Shown in pieces: positions 38,135-46,085 of a DNA stretch of 64,000 nucleotides. How positions within the stretch are numbered: the first letter of the stretch is position 1; each line of letters starts with the position of its first letter. The notes beneath the pieces are model-generated. The model did no database searches and was not told where the DNA came from. It was given only the letters and a program-made list of their open reading frames with translations. The stretch is taken from positions 4,960,001 to 5,024,000 of the forward strand of contig OZ242320.1 in NCBI GenBank assembly GCA_965208125.1. The letters are read 5' to 3'. A program made the translations under genes and the position numbers. The DNA comes from Candidatus Latescibacterota bacterium. Lineage in GTDB: Bacteria > Latescibacterota > UBA2968.

Positions 38135-41100
38135 CACTTGCTGGTATTGCCGTTCGGCGGCCCGTGACTACGGCCATGTTTTTTATAGGTCTGGCTATTT
38201 TAGGTGCAATTTCACTGGATCGGTTGCCCGTTCAGATATTTCCCGAACTCGTTCGCCCAGAAGTCTTTGTCGCGCTTACTCAGCAGGGCTACTCGCCCGA
38301 ACAAGTCGAGCGGAATCTGGTGATGCCCGTCGAGAGAGAGGTCGGCAAGCTCGAAGGTATTGAGGCATACGAATCCTTTTCGCGCCAGAACAGTGGCGGG
38401 GTACGCATTTCTTACGCGCCCAATACAGATATGAAATTTGCCCTGCTGCAACTCGAGAGCCGCATCACGCGCCTGCAACCGCTTTTGCCCGAAAGAACGC
38501 GGGTCAATGTACAGCGCTTTGATGCCTCTGATCTGAGTTCCTCAGTGATGCAAATCCACGTGTTGGGCGAAGGCGATATAAACTGGTTGCGCGAATTTGC
38601 CGAGGAGAAAATTAGACCGGAATTGGAAGCGGTCGATGGCGTTGTCAACGCGCAGGTCCTGGGCGGGCAAAGGACAGCTATTGAAATTATTGTCGATCCA
38701 TTGATGTTGCAAGCGCACCAGCTTTCGATGTCCGATGTTCGCAATCGCATCAATGCGTTTAATACGCGGCGGCAATATCTCGGACGTGTGTATGACGGCG
38801 ACCAGGCTTATGCGGTCAGTATTCAGGGCCAATTTACAGACCTCGTGCAAATCCGCAGAGTTGTCATTAAACCCGAATTGCCCCTGCACCTTGGCGACAT
38901 TGCCAAAATTCGCTACGGCCTTCAGGAGCGTACAGACCTGCAACGCATCAATGGCAAAGCCGCCGTCGGCATTCGCATTCAAAAAGACGATGAAGCCAAT
39001 CTGATCGAACTTGCAGGAGAACTCGAAGACACCATCGAACGAATAAATGGCGATCTCGCCTATGAAAATATCCAGCTCGTGATCAGCCAGAATCTGGCAG
39101 AAATTATGAACGAAGCCCTCAATTTCCTCAAACGGGCCGCTGTTGTCGGGGGATTGCTCGGGCTTTTTGTTTTGTTCTTATTTTTGAGAAATCTGCGCTT
39201 TGTCGCTGTTTTGCTCCTCGCCATTCCGTGTTCTTTACTGCTCACATTTAATCTGATGTATATGTGGGATCTCAGTTTGAACGTGCTCTCGATGTGCGGC
39301 CTCGCGCTTGCAGTTGGCATGTTGATGGACAATGGCATTGTGGTCATGGAAAATATTTTTAAGCATTTTGAACAGGGCAAATCCCCCAAAGAAGCCGCAA
39401 AAGCCGGAACCGATGAGGTCGCACGCGCCGTTGTTGCGGCAACCGCGACTACGATTACTATTTTTATACCCGTAGTTTTTATTCAAAGCGACTTCCAGGA
39501 TATCTTGAGAGAATTCGCGCTGTCCATCGCCTTTCCTCTGCTTGCCTCTCTGCTCGTAGCCCTCACACTCGTGCCCGCTCTGGCATCAAAAACCCTCTCC
39601 CTCGCATCGCGACCACCAACGGGAACAGGCGTATTGATCGAGATGTACACGGTGTGCCTCAAAGCGGGCTTGCGGCACAGAATTAGCGTGTCACTGGGTA
39701 TTGTCGGCGCGCTTGTCATCACGCTGATCATTTCTTTTTTCTTTATGCTGCAACAGGATATTCGCCGCGAGGAAAGCCGTTTTACCGTCTATATCAGCAT
39801 GCCCGAAGGCACGACCATAGAAGCCCTCGATGCTGTTGTTGGCGAAATTGAAAGTGCTGTGCGAGATCTCAAAGGTGTGGATCGCTTTACGACCAGTATC
39901 AGCGAAACCCAGGCGAGTATCAATGTGGAGCTTTTGCCCTTATCCGAACGTCCCGACCTGATTTCTGTCGATCTCATCAAAGAGAATCTCGAAGAGTCGT
40001 TCGAAGATGTCCAAAACGCGGTTGTGAGTTATGAGGCCATCGCACGCACAGGCAGAGGAGGTGGTGGTGGTCGAGGTGGTGGGGGAGGTGGAGGTATTCG
40101 GGGCACCCGTCAAGCTACTGGTGGATTCAACCTGGAAGGGGGCGCGCCTTCGGAAATGGCTGTGATTCGCGGCTATGATTTTACAGTGCTTCAAATGCTT
40201 GCCGACGATCTCGTCTATCGCCTCGAAGAACTGGAGGAAATCGATCCCAATAGCGTAAGAGCCGATGCAGAACGCGGCGCATCTGAAGTGCATGTTTTGC
40301 CCGATGAAGAAGTGATGTTTGATCGGCGATTGCAGGTGCGCCAGGTGCTCAATGCCGTATCCGACGCCAATCCGCGGGGTGCGCGATCCAATATTTCATT
40401 TCTCACACCCGAAGGCACTGAAATCCCGATTGATGTTCGCAATGTCGAAGACCCCGAAGAAGAGGGAGAAGGGATTGCGGGATTGAGACAAACACCGATA
40501 CTGGGTTCAGGGGGGACGTACATTCCCCTTGTAGAAGTTTCGCATGTGCGCCGGGATCAGGGCAGGAGCATGATTTTGCGCACGGATCAATCGCGGCGCG
40601 TAATCGTATCCTATAATTTCGCCGAAGAAATTTTGCAATCTCAGCCTCTGCTGGAAGCCTCTCGCGCTTATGTGCAAGATGTGGTTTCCGAAATGGTGCT
40701 GCCCGAAGGGTATAGCATCGAAATGATCGAGGCAGAGGAAGAGACGATTTATTACTGGATGATGGGCATTGCCGCGGTGTTGATTTATATGATTTTGGCC
40801 TCTTTGTTTGAATCGCTTTCCGCGCCTTTGATTATTTTGTGTACGTGGCCCGCAGCAATTATTGGATCGTGCTGGGCACTGATCTTATCGGGGACGGGAT
40901 TGACCTCGCAAGAAGCGCCAATGGCACTGTTGGGGCTTATTGTTTTGAGCGGTATTGCCGTCAACAACGGGATCGTGCTGATCGATGCGATTGAAACCCT
41001 TCGCCGCCGCGGGTTCAGGCGAGAACGCGCGGTACTCACGGCGAGCCGGTCGCGCGTGCGTCCTGTTTTAATGACTTCGGCAACCACCATTTTGGGCATG

Positions 41101-42855
41101 TTGCCTCTGGCACTCATATTTGGCGGCGATTACGAAATTTGGCCGCCCTTTGCGATTGTGGTAATCGGAGGGCTGGCGGTTTCAACAGTTTCCACTCTCG
41201 TATTTATTCCCGTGGTGTACATGGGAATTGATCAGACCAAAGCCTGGCTTACGGATATTGGCTGGTTCGGGATCGTATTGGGAACCGCAGCAGCCGCGGG
41301 ATTGACGTATTGGGTTGACGATTATTACCAGAGTTTGTTCTGGACCTGTCTTTTGGCATTGCCAGCCTGGATGTTGTGTATGGGCGTGATCTGGATAGTG
41401 CAACGCATTTATCGCGCGCGTATGGCTTCTCTTGCTGAGATTGGCAATATTGAACATCTCGAAATTCGCAATCTGACCAAAATTTACGGTGCGCCGGGGC
41501 GATTTAAGCACGAATGGGATCGCTTTAAGCGGCGTCATCAGCGCCTTTTAGAGCGCGGGCAGGTATTGATAGATAAAAAGGCGATTAAGGACAGTTTGTG
41601 GTGGAAGTTACCACTTCTGGCACTTCTGATCTATTTGGAAACCTATTTTGAACAGGGAGCCTGGATATTTTTGGCGGGGCTTGCTATATGGGGCCTCGTG
41701 CATCACCTCGTGCTATGCGCGGCAGCTTTGCGCGATTTTCAGATTGAGAACAGATGGATATCACAAATCGCCCGATTGATTTTGCCGCTGGTCTTTATCG
41801 CCTTTATCCATTGGCGTTTGGAACTTCTGTCTTTGACCATCGCCACTACTGCGATTTACTTACTCTATCGCATCATCGGATTTTTGGCAAATCGCGTTGC
41901 ACGAGGTCGCATCGATCCCGAACATATATCGGGCAAATTAGGCCCTGTTAAAAGCATCGTGTACCGCGGTGCTGCAGCCGTTCCCCTGATTGGTGTTCCG
42001 CGCCCACAATTCCAGGCTCTCGGAGGTGTAAGTCTCGATATTCCGCGCGGCATGTTTGGGCTTTTGGGACCCAATGGCGCGGGCAAAACCACGCTGATGC
42101 GAATTGTCTGTCGGGTGTTGTCGTCAAATTACGGGTCGGTACTCGCCAATGGCAAAATACCGCTTACACATCGGAATATGCAGGGGGTGATTGGATATTT
42201 GCCGCAGCACTTTGGCCTGTATCTGCACATGTCTGCGTATAATTATCTGGAGTATCGCGCGCTTTTAGAGGGATTTAAGGATGGGGTAGCGCGGCGCAAG
42301 CGCGTTCAGGAATGTCTGGAGCAGGTCAATCTGTGGGATAGGCGAGACGATCTGATTGGGTCGTTCTCCGGCGGCATGAAACAGCGCGTGGGCATTGCAC
42401 AAACCCTGTTGCACTTGCCGCAGATTATCGTAGTGGATGAGCCGACAGCAGGATTGGATCCGCTCGAGCGGATTCGGTTCAGAAATTTGCTGGCGCGATT
42501 TAGCCAGGAAAAAATCATTATTTTTTCTACGCATATTGTCGAAGATATTGCGGGCAGTTGTAACCGATTGGCTGTACTGAATCACGGTAAGGTGCTCTAC
42601 ACGGGAACCCCGATTGAAATGCGCGATTTGGCGCGCGATAGGGTGTGGGAGGCTCTGCTGCCAGATCCGCGTTTTGAAGCGCTGGAACGCGACCTGGATA
42701 TGATTACACATGTGCGCGTGCCCGATGGGATTCGGGTGCGATTTCTCGCTACTGATCCCATCCCAGAAGCGCGTGCTGTTGCGCCCACCCTCGAAGATGC
42801 GTACCTTTATCTTTTGCGACATGGCGATGAATACAAACAGGCTAACATGGCGTGA
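38131..42855 (+). CDS. AcrB-family RND permease fused to a C-terminal ABC ATPase (1574 aa)
   Basis: Complete RND ([35 protein letters not shown]), then extra TM helices and an NBD ([44 protein letters not shown]), all in one frame with no internal stop. Confidence 0.92.
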   Translation: [1574 protein letters not shown]

Positions 42856-43555
42856 GTTGCTTTTCTTTGTCGGCAAAATGCACAGCCTGAGCATGAAAAT
42901 CGTGTTTCACCGCAAAATGATTTTCATGTTTGGCGGGATTGTTGCGTATTACGCAATTTTGTACGCGATTGCAATCTGGCGTCCGGGTGAAGGGCTTTCA
43001 GTCGAACAAGCCCTCCATGTATTGGTCGAAGTACCGGGCACGGTGCTTGCGATTTACCTGACGATGGATCTGGTGTCGGGGGAGAGGGATAAGGATACGC
43101 TTGAAATTCTGTTCAGCACGGCGATCAGCCACTACGCGACGTGGGCCGTGAGAATTGTGTCAATCAGTGCTGCGCTATTTGCCACGCTGATGGCAATGAG
43201 TACGATTTCCTACTATTTTTTTGCGGAGTTTCCCTATATCCTGGGGGGATTGAATGCCTGTATTCCCGCCTTTTTTATGGTGGGAGCCACATTTTTGTTT
43301 TCTGTTTTGTTCCGCAGTGGCAATGCGGCTGGCATGCTCGCCGTTGGGCTTTTGATTGCGATTTTGCTTTCTACCGAGATATTTGAGGATACATCGTATT
43401 ACCTTTTTCTCAAGCCATTTGATCCACCTTCAGATTTAGATACCAGCCTGTGGGTAAATCGCGTGGTCTTAAACCGCGCTGGCATTGCTATTCTGGGTAT
43501 CTTGTTCATTTTTCTGGCTCTGAGACGAATGATAGAGCGCGAAAAGCTGCTGTGA
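42821..43555 (+). CDS. ABC-2 type permease
   Basis: About 6 TM helices with the GERDKDTLEILFS ABC-2 motif; overlaps the upstream stop. Start 42821 or 42827. Confidence 0.8.
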   Translation: MAMNTNRLTWRELLFFVGKMHSLSMKIVFHRKMIFMFGGIVAYYAILYAIAIWRPGEGLSVEQALHVLVEVPGTVLAIYLTMDLVSGERDKDTLEILFSTAISHYATWAVRIVSISAALFATLMAMSTISYYFFAEFPYILGGLNACIPAFFMVGATFLFSVLFRSGNAAGMLAVGLLIAILLSTEIFEDTSYYLFLKPFDPPSDLDTSLWVNRVVLNRAGIAILGILFIFLALRRMIEREKLL

Positions 43556-43588
43556 TGGCGTGCTGTTGAAAAATCCGAGAGCTAAAAC

Positions 43589-43638
43589 CCCTGTGAATGA
43601 GTACAACTGGTAGTTTGCTATTCATAGGGATTTTTTTT
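43589..43638 (+). terminator. Terminator ending the ABC/RND operon
   Basis: CCCTGTGAAT...ATTCATAGGG stem followed by T8. Confidence 0.6.
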
Positions 43639-43642
43639 AATT

Positions 43643-43990
43643 TGGTGGTTATCGACATCAAGACATTGGCCGGAAGGATTCAAGAATGAACAAAAACGTC
43701 GTCTATTATGAGACCATAACGCCCTGGTCAACCATTCTTCTCAGATAGACGATACAGCAATCGCATTTGGTTATTACTTTACTGGTAAGGAAAAGATATT
43801 ATTCAGTACAATTGTGTATGTCGAGATTTTCATTTATGATCGAAAAAACCCTACCATGCGCTTCAGTATTAATGCGTTAGAAGGACCTCCTGTTCTTTTA
43901 GAAAGACGTTGGGCTTTGGGTTCGCTGATCAGATTGAGATTGAATGAAGAATACCTTACCCGTTATAAACTCAAGCGAGAAAAAAATTGA
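43643..43990 (+). pseudogene. Possible gene remnant (open frame broken by TGA at 43709, no good start)
   Basis: One frame reads WWLSTSRHWPEGFKNEQKRRLL*DHNAL...FSTIVYVEIFIYDRKN...EEYLTRYKLKREKN*, i.e. 92 sense codons after the internal stop in AT-rich DNA. Confidence 0.3.
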
Positions 43991-44172
43991 AACAACTGGT
44001 CCTTGTGTCGAGGAAACCCGAATCGGTTTTGTCCGTGCTGTCAGAAAAAGGGGTTCCAGTTCAGAGGCAAGGAACTGAGTAACACTTTTTTGTTTATCTT
44101 GCCCAAAATGCGCGATTTATATACTTTACACCGCAGAACTTTAACATCTCATAATAGGGTAGGAGATCATTT

Positions 44173-44835
44173 ATGCAGCCACCGCAACCGCAACAAGAAG
44201 ACATACTGGTCTGGTTCCTCAAGGTGTGGGGCCAGATTGAAGCAAATTATATCAGAATTCTCACGGGCTTTGGCATTGCCATTGTCGCTGCGCTGATTGT
44301 CCTGTTTTTCTATCGCGGACAAACACAACGCGCTGAGGCGGCTCGTACAGCTCTCGGAGACGTTTATATCGCACTTTATGAAGGACGCGTTGAAGATGCA
44401 CTTGCCGTATCGCAGGAAGTAATAGAAACCTATGCGGGTGAAGCGGAAGCAGGCGAAGCATTGATGGCACTGGCCAATTTGCATTATGACGAAGGACGCA
44501 TCGCAGAGGCCCGCATATATTTTCAACAATATCTGGATGAATATCCAACAGACGGACCATTGGGTTATGGTGCCTGGTCGGGTTTGGCATCATGTCTTGA
44601 AAATGAAGAAAAATTTGCAGAGGCAGGTCAACAGTTCGCAACCTTTGCCGAAGCGCACCCCAGATCGTCATTTGCGCCGATAGCCCTGAAAGAAGCCGGC
44701 AGATGTTACGAACTCGGCAAAATGCCTCAGCAAGCGAGTGAGGCGTATCAAAAGATCGTCAACGAATACGCTAAGTCATCCGTCGCAAGATTTGCACGCG
44801 GGCAATTGAACATGATGGGTGTCGAGATAGATTAG
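44173..44835 (+). CDS. Membrane-anchored tetratricopeptide repeat protein (YfgM-like)
   Basis: RBS AGGAG; one TM helix followed by TPR repeats (YQKIVNEYAKS, YLDEYP, FAEAHPRS). Confidence 0.8.
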   Translation: MQPPQPQQEDILVWFLKVWGQIEANYIRILTGFGIAIVAALIVLFFYRGQTQRAEAARTALGDVYIALYEGRVEDALAVSQEVIETYAGEAEAGEALMALANLHYDEGRIAEARIYFQQYLDEYPTDGPLGYGAWSGLASCLENEEKFAEAGQQFATFAEAHPRSSFAPIALKEAGRCYELGKMPQQASEAYQKIVNEYAKSSVARFARGQLNMMGVEID

Positions 44836-44881
44836 CGCAAATCCCGAGTTGAATTTCGCGCAATGCCATTTTTTAAAATAA

Positions 44882-44923
44882 ATCCCTGGGAAGCAGAAAA
44901 ACGCTTCTCGGGGGTTTGTTTTT
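44882..44923 (+). terminator. Probable terminator
   Basis: ATCCCTGGGAAGC-AGAAAAAC-GCTTCTCGGGGGT followed by TTGTTTTT. Confidence 0.55.
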
Positions 44924-44998
44924 AAGGAAAAAGTCTTGAGGTTCCCAAATAGACCTGATTTACGAATGTTATGACGCGATAGAAAATCGCAGTAAAAA

Positions 44999-45026
44999 AT
45001 ACGGCATAAGATACATTATGTAAACT
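44999..45026 (+). other. dif: dif site (XerC/XerD chromosome dimer resolution site)
   Basis: ATACGGCATAA-GATACA-TTATGTAAACT in 11-6-11 format. The right arm is identical to the B. subtilis dif XerD/RipX arm as I recall it (TTATGTAAACT), and the left arm ends in GCATAA as in E. coli dif. Intergenic, near the point of gene-orientation convergence. Confidence 0.85.
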
Positions 45027-45104
45027 TAATGCAAAAAACAACCTGAAACTGCTGTGTAATGCCCATCCTTGTATCAAGGCTTCGTTGATACCCATTATTT
45101 CATT

Positions 45105-45725
45105 TTACTGGTGTTTGTGGTGCCGATTTTCAACATCCGCCTGTGCAAGTCCAAGAGCGCGTTGATATAATAGATCTGACAGCCGCTGGTTCTCTTCGCG
45201 CAGTTTCTGAATCGTTTTAGCGCTTTTCTGAGCGGTTATTTCCACTTCTTTTTGTTGTCTGCGTAGCCAATTTACGTCTTGTTCTACTTGTTTTTCCCTT
45301 TCTTTTGCCATATTTAGCTCTTCCCGCGTTTTTTCCAGTTCTTCTTTCAGTGCCCGTGCTTCAGTCCATCCAGAGGCAGATGACGCCTCTAATTGTGCAT
45401 TGCGTTCGTTCATACTGCGAATTTCCGCTCTCAGTTCCCTTTCAACTGTTTCGATCGCTGCCAATTTTCCCAATTGCTGTTGTTGGGCTTCAAATTCGGA
45501 TTTTTCGACGAGAATTTGATCGGGGTTATGGCTCATATTGATCTGATTTTCCATCATTTTTTTTCCATGTTTTTTCCTAAATAATTCCTCAATTTCCTCT
45601 TTGGATATTCGCCAGGTCCCATTCCATTTTTCAGGATTTAAAAACCCCTTATTAATATAATTTCTTATTGTTTTATCAGTAACTTTAAGGATTTTTGCAG
45701 CTTCAGAGATTCCATAATTTTCCAT
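45105..45725 (-). CDS. Helix-turn-helix (HTH_17/MerR-like) DNA-binding protein with long C-terminal coiled coil
   Basis: YGISEAAKILKVTDKTIRNYINKGFL...WRI.KEEI, then ~120 aa of heptad E/K/Q/R-rich sequence; RBS AGGAGG. Confidence 0.85.
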   Translation of the reverse strand: MENYGISEAAKILKVTDKTIRNYINKGFLNPEKWNGTWRISKEEIEELFRKKHGKKMMENQINMSHNPDQILVEKSEFEAQQQQLGKLAAIETVERELRAEIRSMNERNAQLEASSASGWTEARALKEELEKTREELNMAKEREKQVEQDVNWLRRQQKEVEITAQKSAKTIQKLREENQRLSDLLYQRALGLAQADVENRHHKHQ

Positions 45726-45773
45726 TTTATCCTCCTTTTTTAAGTTCTAAATTTTTTACATTTAATTTCCATT

Positions 45774-45802
45774 AAATTAGTAATATTTTTCTATATCGTC
45801 AA
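45774..45802 (-). promoter_or_regulatory. Putative sigma-70 promoter of the HTH gene
   Basis: TTGACG-N17-TAATTT on the minus strand. Confidence 0.5.
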
Positions 45803-46085
45803 GGGATGAAATAACGAAAAATGGCGCACAAATAACGAATTTTTGTTATTTTTCAAAGAAAGACACATTTTAACACAGATTTTTAAAAAATAAATACCCT
45901 GCAAAATAAAAACGCTGAATATGGCAAAAAACAAGGAGAAGTCTCAAAAAATCTGGGACAAAAAACTAAGTGTAAAAAAATAGGATCGAAACTAACGATA
46001 AAAAGCAGGAGAGAAGCTCAATTTTAAAAAAACAAGATCCAGGAGAAAAAACTAACATTTTAGACAAAAAGAGAGGAGAAAACAG

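Noticed and set aside
45900-46085. Glycine riboswitch upstream of gcvT
   Set aside because: GGAGA words are present, but the CCGAAG and CTCTCAGG core and pairable stems are absent.
45730-46085. oriC suggested by the AT-rich region
   Set aside because: No DnaA boxes (TTATCCACA) were seen; genes converge rather than diverge here, and a dif site is adjacent.
43560-46085. Second dif-like site that would bound an Xer-integrated element
   Set aside because: No other ATAA-N6-TTATG arrangement was found by eye, so an intact integrated element is not supported.
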